64,000 nucleotides of DNA from Promethearchaeota archaeon (GTDB taxonomy: Archaea > Asgardarchaeota > Lokiarchaeia > Sigyniarchaeales > SOKP01): NCBI GenBank assembly GCA_016839745.1, contig JAEOTS010000009.1:18131-82130 (forward strand), given 5' to 3'. Made by a program: the position numbers and the translations under genes. Below are positions 1 to 9,304 of this stretch, one piece after another (position 1 is the stretch's first letter; each line of letters starts with the position of its first letter). The notes under the pieces are model-generated. The model saw only the letters and a list, made by a program, of their open reading frames with translations. It was not told where the DNA came from and did no database searches.

Positions 1-1828
1 CAATGACTTTATAAGAGTAATATTCGTGCTCAACTTTTACATTGCCAAAGAATTTCTCAATTATGTTATTCTGCCCCGTATTATCTTGCGAGAGAATTTC
101 AAGAGGAAATATATCTGTATGCTTGAGCGATTGAGTGTAAAATTCAACATTAGCTCTAGATAAATACACAACTTTTTCATCGAGATCTAAGTCTTGTACT
201 ACATAAGTTTCAGCTTCATAAAGGTAAACTGCTCCTGGGTGTAAATCACGAAAAACATAACTTTCGTCTTCGACTGTTAACAGTTCTTCAAATCCACTCT
301 TCCTAAGAATTACTTTATAGCTCCTAGAGGAAACTGCGTTCAATCCGTACTTCTCGTTTGGAAAAAAGTCTCCTTTCCAATAGTACTTGTCCATCCTCTT
401 CATCAACAACGATTCTGAAACTAAATCACTAATACAATTGTCAAATGTCACCTTTTTCTCAATTCCAAATCTCTGATATTCATCAATAGTTATAGGTATT
501 TCTTTAGCAGCACAGCATAAGTGATTTTTTAAAATATATTTATTTTTTAAAGTTATAAGTACTTCTTCTTGAATATTTCCAAATAATTGCTCATGGTTAT
601 GGATATAAAACAAATCTAAGGGATTTTGCATTGGAATGAAAGTTGAAATCGATAATTCTGATCCTCTACCAGAGCGCCCAATCTGTTGTCTGAAGCTTGA
701 AATAGTGCCTGGAAAACCCGAGCTAATTGTAGCGTCTAGGGAACCTATATCTATTCCTAATTCTAGAGCATTTGTAGAGCTAATCCCTAGAATATTCTTA
801 TTTTTAAAGTTTTCTTCGATTTCTCTTCTTTTTTTCTTGCTGATGCCCGCTCTATAACTGCTAATTCTGTCTTTGAGCAGGGGGAGAGCTTTCTTAGTCC
901 AAATGGCTTGTAATTCGGCCATCTTTCTCGAAAGGGTGAAAGTTAAAGTTTGAATGCCGCTTTTGTATTTTAAATGAGTGATAAATAAATTCTTGGTTTC
1001 TTGATGGGCAGACCTATATTTTGCCGAGGCCTTATCATACGGTAAATCCCATAGTATTACTTTTTTTGCTCCAGAGGGAGAATCGTCTTTATCAATGACT
1101 ACAAACTCTTCGCCAATTAATTTCTCGCAGAACACTTTTGCGTTATTAATTGTGGCACTTGATAATATCCAAATTGGTTTTACTTCAAATATGTCAAGAA
1201 TTCGCTTCAATCTTCTTAAGAGTAAGGCGAAATTAGACCCAAAAATGCCTTTGTATATATGAATTTCGTCGAGTACAATATATTTTAGATTACTACAAAC
1301 TCTTCGCCACTTTTGTTTGAACCACGGTAAGTAATAGTGTAATCCATAAGGATTAGTTATTATAATGTTTGCACTTGCTAATATGCGCCTTTTTTCGTTT
1401 GGAGTAGTATCTCCGTCGTACACGCCAATACGGTAATCTTTTATGTTAGTCTCGCTTAGAATTTCTTTTAATTGAGAATGCTGATCGCGAGCTAAAGCTT
1501 TAGTTGGAAAAAGGTATAACGCCGTAGTTTTTTCGTTGTTTAAAAGGTGATCTAACACCGGTAAATTATAGCAGAGAGATTTTCCTGATGCCGTGGATGT
1601 AACAATAACAGTATTATTATCTTTCCTGATTGAATTTATAGCCACAGCTTGATGTCGCCAAAGATTTATTCCTTTATTATTTAACCATCGTTCTAATCTT
1701 TTTCTTAGAGGTTTATCTAAAGCTTCAAAGCGAGCCTTAAGTTCGGGGATATGTTCAATGTGAGATATTTGACCACAATAGAAATCTTGAGATTTGATAA
1801 ACTTAAGAAAATCTTCAAAATCCACCAT
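1..1828 (-). CDS. DEAD/DEAH-box helicase, Hrq1/SftH/MrfA-like (DUF1998 type); 3' end runs off the window
   Basis: Missing from the ORF track because it is open at the window edge. Manual translation from ATG 1828 gives MVDFEDFLKFIKSQDFYCGQISHIEHIP, Walker A TSTASGKS, IVLDEIHIYKGIFGSN, SSAT, TNALELGIDIGSLD and QQIGRSGR. Confidence 0.88.
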   Translation of the reverse strand, partial: MVDFEDFLKFIKSQDFYCGQISHIEHIPELKARFEALDKPLRKRLERWLNNKGINLWRHQAVAINSIRKDNNTVIVTSTASGKSLCYNLPVLDHLLNNEKTTALYLFPTKALARDQHSQLKEILSETNIKDYRIGVYDGDTTPNEKRRILASANIIITNPYGLHYYLPWFKQKWRRVCSNLKYIVLDEIHIYKGIFGSNFALLLRRLKRILDIFEVKPIWILSSATINNAKVFCEKLIGEEFVVIDKDDSPSGAKKVILWDLPYDKASAKYRSAHQETKNLFITHLKYKSGIQTLTFTLSRKMAELQAIWTKKALPLLKDRISSYRAGISKKKRREIEENFKNKNILGISSTNALELGIDIGSLDATISSGFPGTISSFRQQIGRSGRGSELSISTFIPMQNPLDLFYIHNHEQLFGNIQEEVLITLKNKYILKNHLCCAAKEIPITIDEYQRFGIEKKVTFDNCISDLVSESLLMKRMDKYYWKGDFFPNEKYGLNAVSSRSYKVILRKSGFEELLTVEDESYVFRDLHPGAVYLYEAETYVVQDLDLDEKVVYLSRANVEFYTQSLKHTDIFPLEILSQDNTGQNNIIEKFFGNVKVEHEYYSYKVI

Positions 1829-1952
1829 AAACTAGCCCAAGAAATTTAATGAAATATATGAATTAAAAATTCAAAGGATATATGATTTTATAATTTTTAA
1901 GAACCTCCAAAAATGTCAACTTTTTTAATGAAGTCTACTTACAATTAAAATT

Positions 1953-3260
1953 ATGGGAATGAATGCAAAAAAAGAAGATGATTTTATTTCTCCTACTTTA
2001 GTGAACTACTTAAGACAAGAGATACCAATAGAAGAAATTAGGGATTATTCCTCATCAGGAAGAATAGAGAGTATTGATTTTGTAAAAGGTTTTGCAATAC
2101 TGTTCATAATACTGGCCCATTATGCTGCTGTTTGGTTAAATGAAGAGTGGTATTTCGTGTATGGATTAGCATTTATGTTTTTAGATATTTTAGGCCCTTC
2201 ACTTTTTATATTTCTCTCTGCTTTAAGCGTAGTATTTACAGTAAAGAAAAAAGCAGGAAAAATGCCCGAGAAACTCATTAGAAATCGAGTTTTTTCAAGA
2301 GGACTAATTATTGTGGTTATTGGCGTGTTTATAAACTTAACAGAGCACTATTATCCCTTTCCCTTAAATCTTTGGGGCTGGAATATTTTGTTTTTTATGG
2401 GATTTTCCCAAATTTTTTCGTATTACGCATTAAAAATAACTAAGATGCCTCGTGCGATTATTGGAATATTCATAATTTTCTTAACTCCCACGATTAGAGC
2501 TTTTCTCTATACTGAAAAAGACACAAATTTGATAGTGGGATTTTTTCACTTTATCATCACTTCTGCCAATCCGTCTGTCACGCTTTTACCTTGGCTTTCG
2601 ATATGTTTTATTTCGACAATTTTCGGAGAATATCTTTATGAGGCGATGAGTGATAAGTCAGAGAATAGATTTAGAGGATTATTTCGCATCTTCTTTACTT
2701 GGGGTATTTCCCTTATTGTTGCTGGAGTTATGATGGGGTTTACTTTACAAACGGTAGTAACTATGAACATGTCAGAATATGGACACTTATCTCTATTGGG
2801 AATTGCCAACGATCAGAGTTTTTTTTACCTGCCAGGCATGCCCGATTTTTTGATTAGAGGAACTGCCTCCAATATGTTATATAATTTAGGAGCTGCTCTC
2901 ACAATTATAGGTATCGCTTTTTATTTCATCGATTTAAAAGGAAAATCGAATAATATTGTAAGAATGTTTAGATACTATGGAAAAATCTCTTTGAGTCTGT
3001 TTATGATACATTTTATCTTCATGCCCCTATATGTTAAGCAATTAAATATTTTTTTATTTCCAGTTATTTATATTGCGAATGTTGGCTTGTTAGGATTTAT
3101 GATGTATATATGGATTGAATATGGAAAAGGAATAGGATCACCTGAATGGTTAATGGTTCAAATTGGTAGGATTGGACAAAAAACCGGAGAAAATATTAAA
3201 AAAACTTCGAAATTAGCAGTTGAAAAAACTAAAAAATCAATTGAAAAAAGAAGGACCTAA
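1953..3260 (+). CDS. Multi-pass membrane acyltransferase-like protein (HGSNAT catalytic/DUF1624-like)
   Basis: N-terminal RIESIDFVKGFAILFIILAH and about 11 hydrophobic segments; LLPWL motif. Confidence 0.7.
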   Translation: MGMNAKKEDDFISPTLVNYLRQEIPIEEIRDYSSSGRIESIDFVKGFAILFIILAHYAAVWLNEEWYFVYGLAFMFLDILGPSLFIFLSALSVVFTVKKKAGKMPEKLIRNRVFSRGLIIVVIGVFINLTEHYYPFPLNLWGWNILFFMGFSQIFSYYALKITKMPRAIIGIFIIFLTPTIRAFLYTEKDTNLIVGFFHFIITSANPSVTLLPWLSICFISTIFGEYLYEAMSDKSENRFRGLFRIFFTWGISLIVAGVMMGFTLQTVVTMNMSEYGHLSLLGIANDQSFFYLPGMPDFLIRGTASNMLYNLGAALTIIGIAFYFIDLKGKSNNIVRMFRYYGKISLSLFMIHFIFMPLYVKQLNIFLFPVIYIANVGLLGFMMYIWIEYGKGIGSPEWLMVQIGRIGQKTGENIKKTSKLAVEKTKKSIEKRRT

Positions 3261-3405
3261 ATCATACTTTTATATTTTTTTTATTATAGATGTTTAAGGT
3301 TCAAAAGTATAACAGTAAATTCTTCACCTACTAAAATATAAAAATAATTACCCGTTATTGAGATCAATTTAATCCTAAATATATGAAATATTTTTTAATT
3401 GAAAA

Positions 3406-4425
3406 ATGTCTAATTCTGAGTGGAATAAAGTAGATTTTCAGACTTTCATAGATAAGTTTAGTAAGAAAGTAATCGTTGAAAACGCACCGATTATGTTATA
3501 CTCGAAGAAGGATAAAGAGCACGAAGCTTTAAATTCGTTGATAACTTTTTTCTTTCTTACTGGAGGTTTATTTATTTTTATCTCCTTAGCGATATTTTTT
3601 GGATTCGCTGAAATTTTTACTATTCTTTTTGTTGCAATAATCGTTATTGCAGCAGTGGTGGATGCGGTTTTAATTTTTAATTATCTTCGTTCTCATGTAC
3701 TAATCAGACCTTTAGAAAATTGGGTGGAAGTGTATGAAGGACAGATGCAAGGAGATAATGTGTTTTATTGCCTTTCATATTATCCTGTGTTTTCTGGAAA
3801 ATGTCACCCAAATAAAGCAAAAAATGTGCTTTACAAATTGCTTCAGGAAGAATTATTTAATAGTAGTATAGATATAACCCAGATTGAAGTTTATTTACAA
3901 TTTAATTTAACTGATCCAGAAAACTATAATGTAATCGGTTATTATTTCCAGTATGGAGAAGGTGTTCCCTTTAAGAGCGTTAAAATCAACAGAAATTCAT
4001 GGAAATTTTTCCCTATGGAGCAAGCAAGCCACGAGAACTTTATTGCAATAGCTAATTGGGATCATCAATACGAGTGGCGTAATGATTTAGAATTAGATTA
4101 TGATAAACTACATAGCTACGCACCATGGATTATACAAAAATGGGACGAATCAAATATAAAACCATTAACGAAAATATTTAAAAACGAACTTAATTGGGAT
4201 TTAAGAGGAATTGAATCGATTCCTAAGTTAAAACCATGGGAGCCTAATTTCGAAACAACTTCTTTTGATAGTTTTAAGGCTTTTAAGGACCTTCAATTGA
4301 TGAATGATGCGATCGAAAAAGTTATAGGTAAAGATATAAAAATAGAAAAATTAAAAGATATTAAAAAGCATTTGTTAGAATTTAAAGCTTATTTAAGGGA
4401 TTTAAATTCTCAATATATTATCTAA
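3406..4425 (+). CDS. Hypothetical membrane protein (2 N-terminal TM helices plus a soluble domain)
   Basis: 339 aa ORF with genome-typical codon use and two hydrophobic stretches at about aa 43-93. Confidence 0.65.
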   Translation: MSNSEWNKVDFQTFIDKFSKKVIVENAPIMLYSKKDKEHEALNSLITFFFLTGGLFIFISLAIFFGFAEIFTILFVAIIVIAAVVDAVLIFNYLRSHVLIRPLENWVEVYEGQMQGDNVFYCLSYYPVFSGKCHPNKAKNVLYKLLQEELFNSSIDITQIEVYLQFNLTDPENYNVIGYYFQYGEGVPFKSVKINRNSWKFFPMEQASHENFIAIANWDHQYEWRNDLELDYDKLHSYAPWIIQKWDESNIKPLTKIFKNELNWDLRGIESIPKLKPWEPNFETTSFDSFKAFKDLQLMNDAIEKVIGKDIKIEKLKDIKKHLLEFKAYLRDLNSQYII

Positions 4426-4447
4426 AGAATTATAGAGTTAAACCAAA

Positions 4448-5881
4448 ATGGAATCTTTACAAACAATTAAAGAACTTAAAATTGAGACCAATAAAATCTT
4501 TTACGATAAAAAAACAGAAATTTTATCTGTGTATATTTACGATATCGTCTTTATTGGAAATTATAAAAAGAATACAAAGATAAATAAAATATTAGATGAC
4601 ATCTACAAATCGCTTGGAGAAACCCAGATATTGCGCGAATACTTATTAATCGTAGATTTTGTTACACAAACTCCAATTAATGAAAAAACTAAATTAAAAG
4701 ATTTAAAATTAATTTCTAAAAAAGAAAAACCAGATAAAAAAAAAGAAGAGAAGGAGAAGAAAAAAGACATAAGTAGAGACAAAAGCGGTAAAGCAGACGA
4801 AAAGTTTAAGAGTAAAAAATTACGTAGCGCTCCCGAGAAGCCAATGAAATATCAAGAAAAAGAAAGACTTGTCGTGGATGCTCCAAAGGCAAAAAAAAGA
4901 GCAAAACGAAAGGAAGAAACTTATGAAATAGAGATGGCCGATGAAGAAGCTGCCGATGAAGATATGTTTTTTGAAGAACCGGGAGAATTTGAGGAGGCTT
5001 CAGAAAAGTCAATGAGTGCACTTCCCGTTTCAGCTCCACCCCCATCTCCAGCTCCAACAAGAGCTCCTGACGGTGCCCCTAAAGCAAGTAGAGAGGTTTT
5101 AGGCGGATATGGCGAAGGTCCAAAAGATGATGATATAGTTCCTTCCGTAGTGTCTGAAGCTGTTTCCGAAGAACCAAAACCGACAGTTTACGAAATTAAC
5201 ATGGGACTTCAGTACTATTCTGTCATGATGGAAAAGTCGAGCTATCTTTTCTATGTTTACTTATCACATAAAGAGCTAAAAATTGTTGACGAAGAAGGGA
5301 AAACTGTGTTTGAAACGTCGTTTACAATAGTCACAACTAAGAAGGAACCCCCAATAGTGAACTTAAAAGTTGAGGGAGAAGGATTTGAAGTGCATCCCTT
5401 ATACGGGAAAGTAGAAATTAAAAAGGACGCTATCAACCCCCCTGTAATGATCTTTTCAGTACTACCTGTAAAGAATAAGAAAAGAACTAAAAAAGAAAAG
5501 AAGATGAGTGAGAGACGATACTTACACGTCTACATTGAATATGAGGATAATGTAATTAATCATAGCGTCTTATCGATAATCGTACAACCCAAACATTTTA
5601 GATTAGATATCGGTCCAATTCATTTAAACATAAGTAAAAAGACGGCAGCTGTAATTTCTTTTCTTTCTATTATAGTCGCTGTTGCTTCGTTAATATTTAC
5701 TATATTTGCTTTCGATCCTTCGTCAACTTTAGTCGATGTCGTAGGAAATTTTGCACCAGGAATTGGTTCTATCCTGTTCATAGTGATCTTTCTTATCACA
5801 TTATTTAAAGAAGGTATTTATCCACTCAAAGAGAAAATCAGTTATTTCCTAAATTTTGATAATACGGGGCTAATAAAATAG
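4448..5881 (+). CDS. Hypothetical membrane-anchored protein with a long charged/Pro-rich disordered linker
   Basis: 477 aa with Lys/Glu-rich, acidic and SAPPPSPAP segments, a beta-rich domain and two C-terminal TM helices. Confidence 0.65.
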   Translation: MESLQTIKELKIETNKIFYDKKTEILSVYIYDIVFIGNYKKNTKINKILDDIYKSLGETQILREYLLIVDFVTQTPINEKTKLKDLKLISKKEKPDKKKEEKEKKKDISRDKSGKADEKFKSKKLRSAPEKPMKYQEKERLVVDAPKAKKRAKRKEETYEIEMADEEAADEDMFFEEPGEFEEASEKSMSALPVSAPPPSPAPTRAPDGAPKASREVLGGYGEGPKDDDIVPSVVSEAVSEEPKPTVYEINMGLQYYSVMMEKSSYLFYVYLSHKELKIVDEEGKTVFETSFTIVTTKKEPPIVNLKVEGEGFEVHPLYGKVEIKKDAINPPVMIFSVLPVKNKKRTKKEKKMSERRYLHVYIEYEDNVINHSVLSIIVQPKHFRLDIGPIHLNISKKTAAVISFLSIIVAVASLIFTIFAFDPSSTLVDVVGNFAPGIGSILFIVIFLITLFKEGIYPLKEKISYFLNFDNTGLIK

Positions 5882-5892
5882 AAGAGCTTACT

Positions 5893-6813
5893 CTAATATT
5901 TCTTATATTTTTTTTTTATGTATTCCCAAAAACCATTCTTTAATTCACTTAATACCTTATTTTTTGATTTGATAAAAAATAAATCTCTTTTTACGATCTG
6001 TGGAGAACCTCTAATTTCTATAATTTTAATTAAACCTGCCTTTTCAGCGTTAACTGCCATCATTTCACTCATTATGCTAATATAATTTGATTCGCTAACT
6101 GCTGAAATAATAGAATCGTTATCGTTCATCTCGAGTTTAATTTTTAGCCTTTTATAATCTGGAAATTGACGCTTAAATGCATTTCTCATCCCTGAGCCCT
6201 TTTCTCGCCAAACGAAGGGAAATTTGATCAGATCTGTAAACTCAACTAAACCATTAGTATTTTTTAATAATTTATGGTTAGGAGAACAAATAAATTTAAG
6301 TTCATCTTCTCCAATTTTAATGAAATCAAAATCATCCTTACTATATTTTAGAAAACCCCCTATACCAGCAAAATCTGCCAAATTTTTTACGATATTTTCT
6401 ATTGACTTTCTTGAATTATTGATCTTAACTTTAAAACTTACATTAGGATTATTATCCCGGTATTCAGCAATATCTCTAGGAAGGATTTGAGAACCAGGAG
6501 TCGTTGATGCAGAGATAATAATATTTTCATACCTAAAATCGCTAAACTTTGACAACTCTTTTACACACGCATCGAATAAATCTATAATTCTTTGCGCGTG
6601 ATCTAAAAAAACTGTTCCAGCTTCGGTTATTTCAAACTTCTTTGTGCTTCTATTTATTAAAACAATATCTGAGTCATCACCAAAAAAATATCTCTCTAGT
6701 TGAGATGTTTGATGAGATAACGTACTTTGAGAAATGGGAAGATCGCGAGCTAATTCGGAGAAGCTTTTATATTTCGCTAATTTAACGAAATTTCTTAAGT
6801 ATTCGATATTCAT
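5893..6813 (-). CDS. LysR-family transcriptional regulator (CysL/selenium-metabolism-associated-like)
   Basis: HTH MNIEYLRNF..SFSELARDLPISQSTLSHQ..LE; effector domain ASTTPG..ILP and FPFVWREKGSGMR. Confidence 0.88.
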   Translation of the reverse strand: MNIEYLRNFVKLAKYKSFSELARDLPISQSTLSHQTSQLERYFFGDDSDIVLINRSTKKFEITEAGTVFLDHAQRIIDLFDACVKELSKFSDFRYENIIISASTTPGSQILPRDIAEYRDNNPNVSFKVKINNSRKSIENIVKNLADFAGIGGFLKYSKDDFDFIKIGEDELKFICSPNHKLLKNTNGLVEFTDLIKFPFVWREKGSGMRNAFKRQFPDYKRLKIKLEMNDNDSIISAVSESNYISIMSEMMAVNAEKAGLIKIIEIRGSPQIVKRDLFFIKSKNKVLSELKNGFWEYIKKKYKKY

Positions 6814-6894
6814 CCTTCTACTGCTTATTTTTAATTTTTTACTCTAAAAATATCAAGTGTTTCCAATTAAATATTACTTTACCAATAATAAATA

Positions 6895-6940
6895 ATTTAT
6901 CGAAAATATAAATAAATTATTTCGAAAAAATTAATAAATC
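6895..6940. promoter_or_regulatory. Candidate LysR-binding region in the divergent LysR/DsrE promoter
   Basis: Imperfect direct repeat TCGAAAA..ATAAAT starting at 6900 and 6922 (22 bp spacing, two helical turns). Confidence 0.35.
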
Positions 6941-6997
6941 TTTTTTTATTACAATTCCATAACTAACCTTATAAATTTAAACATTACATAATCTAAC

Positions 6998-7357
6998 ATG
7001 ACAGAAAAGATAAAAGTATTTACGGTTGTAATTGGAAACGCTGCTTATACTTCCGAAAGACCTTATACAATGTTACGGTTTGCTTATACCGCCCTATTGG
7101 AAGGACATAAAATTAATATCTTTTTGGTTGAAGATGGTGTTTTTGTAGGGAAGAAAAATCAAGATCCTTCGTCATACGATAACGTTGGTAAATGGCTTAA
7201 AGATGTCATCGAAGAGGGTGGAGTAATTAAAGCGTGTGGAGTTTGTACAAAAGCGAGAGGGGTTTCTGCTGAAGAGTTGATTGAAGGTATTGAAATTACT
7301 ACCATGAATGGCTTCGTTGACATGTGCGTCCAAGCGGATAATATTTTATTTAGCTAA
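6998..7357 (+). CDS. DsrE/DsrF-family sulfur relay protein
   Basis: AYTSER..LRFA, IFLVEDGV and ACGVCTKARG motifs. Confidence 0.88.
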   Translation: MTEKIKVFTVVIGNAAYTSERPYTMLRFAYTALLEGHKINIFLVEDGVFVGKKNQDPSSYDNVGKWLKDVIEEGGVIKACGVCTKARGVSAEELIEGIEITTMNGFVDMCVQADNILFS

Positions 7358-7378
7358 ATCAAATAGAGATGATTTATC

Positions 7379-7606
7379 TTGAGCAAAACTTATAATTTGA
7401 AATTGGACGGATTGGTTTGCCCATTACCCGTCGCTAAAACTAAAAAGAAATTAAACGAAATGGAAACTGGTGAGGTATTAGAAGTTACGGGAGATTTTGG
7501 CGAATCTGGGGAAAACATCAAGCGATATGTAGAAAAACATGGAGATTCAATTATAGAGTTTAAAATTGAAGGTGAAGATTATTATATTAAAATTAGAAAA
7601 GCTTAG
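7379..7606 (+). CDS. TusA/SirA-family sulfur carrier
   Basis: GLVCPLPV (CPxP) motif; 75 aa; GEVLEV; TTG start. Confidence 0.9.
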   Translation: MSKTYNLKLDGLVCPLPVAKTKKKLNEMETGEVLEVTGDFGESGENIKRYVEKHGDSIIEFKIEGEDYYIKIRKA

Positions 7607-7934
7607 TTTTCTTAATTTTTATTGTAGGTTTTATTAAATCGTCATCTATAGGGAGATAAAGAAAGGAAAACCAAAATAAATATTGTAAGTCATCATGCTT
7701 GCAAACTGCGCTGGTTAAGTCCCCCCATAAATATGTGCAGGACCAACCTCAAAAACACTTTTTCACTCAGCTCTTGAAAAGCTTCGAATATTTTCTACTT
7801 CAATATTTTATTAAAGTTTAAAAATGAGCACGATTATACATCGAAAAGCTTTATATAAAATAACGACAAAATTTTAATACACATCTTAAAAAATTAAAGA
7901 TGTTATATATCCACAGCAATTTAAAAAAATTGAG

Positions 7935-8996
7935 ATGATAAAAATTCTAGCACAAGATTTTAGCACAGCTTGGGCAATCCCTTGGTATACGGTTATGGTG
8001 ACTATTAACATCATGGGCCTGGTGTATTGTGCAGTTGTTTACAAACGATCACTGATTCCAAGGGATGGAAAGGATTCAACATATCGGAAATGGATGCGAA
8101 TAATGGCGGTAATCTTTACGTTAGTTTCTGCATATCGAGCGATTAGTGTATGGTCTATACCTTATACTTTCCGAATACCGAACACGTTAGCGGAAGTTTC
8201 ATTCGCTGGGTTATTTGGATATGCGATGTTACGATTTAATACTTATTTGCCTGCTACCGACGATGCACGTGCTAATAAATTCAAGTCATTCATAACAAAG
8301 ACTCCCTATATCCTAGTAGGATGTTTAATTCTAGCACAACCCATTGACACATGGGGGGGGATCACCCATTTTGTATTAAGGGGTGTATTCGTGGAGACAT
8401 TATGGGCGATTGGGTTCCTGTCAGTACTCCCACTTGCTATTATACAACTGCGCCGTGTTTTCTCGATAAAAGATAAGGAGGCAGTAGAACGGTTGCGAAT
8501 ACTGAGGTATTCTGCGATAATAATTGTAACTTGGTGCGTGGTTTATTGTATGTACAGGTGGCTCTTTACTTTACCGGGAATGTGGGGTAGGGCGTTATAT
8601 ATATTAGAAACGGAGGGAATTCAACTTGAAACTGGCATACAAGCGATAATTGATGCCTTGGGCTTTAGAACGCGAACATCGCTAGAGTACAGCGATTGGA
8701 GTTTTAGTTTTCTAATATGGCACTCTGCCTACTTTAGCGTCTGTACTTGGATTTCAATATTCTTAATGAAAGCGCCACGACCCCGGGAAATTTCCGGGAA
8801 ACATAACGCTAAGCTAACGCTAATAACGCTAGCGCTAATAACGATAGGTTTAATATCGCTTATCACGATAATTGGCTTACCAGCTGACTTTGATGAGATA
8901 ATTACTCTTATCATTTTGGGAGGCATATTTCTCGTACCAATTGCCTACTTTTTCGTTTGGGAAATTAAGCGTGTTAAGTTAAGGACTATAGAATAA
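7935..8996 (+). CDS. Hypothetical polytopic membrane protein, probably horizontally acquired
   Basis: About 9 TM segments; visibly higher GC and more CGN/ACG/GCG codons than its neighbours. Confidence 0.7.
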   Translation: MIKILAQDFSTAWAIPWYTVMVTINIMGLVYCAVVYKRSLIPRDGKDSTYRKWMRIMAVIFTLVSAYRAISVWSIPYTFRIPNTLAEVSFAGLFGYAMLRFNTYLPATDDARANKFKSFITKTPYILVGCLILAQPIDTWGGITHFVLRGVFVETLWAIGFLSVLPLAIIQLRRVFSIKDKEAVERLRILRYSAIIIVTWCVVYCMYRWLFTLPGMWGRALYILETEGIQLETGIQAIIDALGFRTRTSLEYSDWSFSFLIWHSAYFSVCTWISIFLMKAPRPREISGKHNAKLTLITLALITIGLISLITIIGLPADFDEIITLIILGGIFLVPIAYFFVWEIKRVKLRTIE

Positions 8997-9304
8997 ATTT
9001 TAATTTTTTTTTTTTTTATAAATACCAAATTAATCTCAGTGAATAATAAGTTAAAGATTGGCGACAAAAATCGCAACCAAACAATAAGGATCCGTGAATG
9101 ATTTCATTTATAAACGTGAAAAAAATTCCATTGGATTATAAGATAAAGTGAAGCCTTTTTTAAAATCAATAATGATTTATTAGGTGATAGCTTAAGAAAA
9201 TGAAAAGTGAAAGAGAGACAACATTTTTTGTCGACAAAGACTAATTTGCTACATCATATTTTTTGAAACAAATAGAAAATAAAAAATAGAAATAATAATT
9301 TCTT

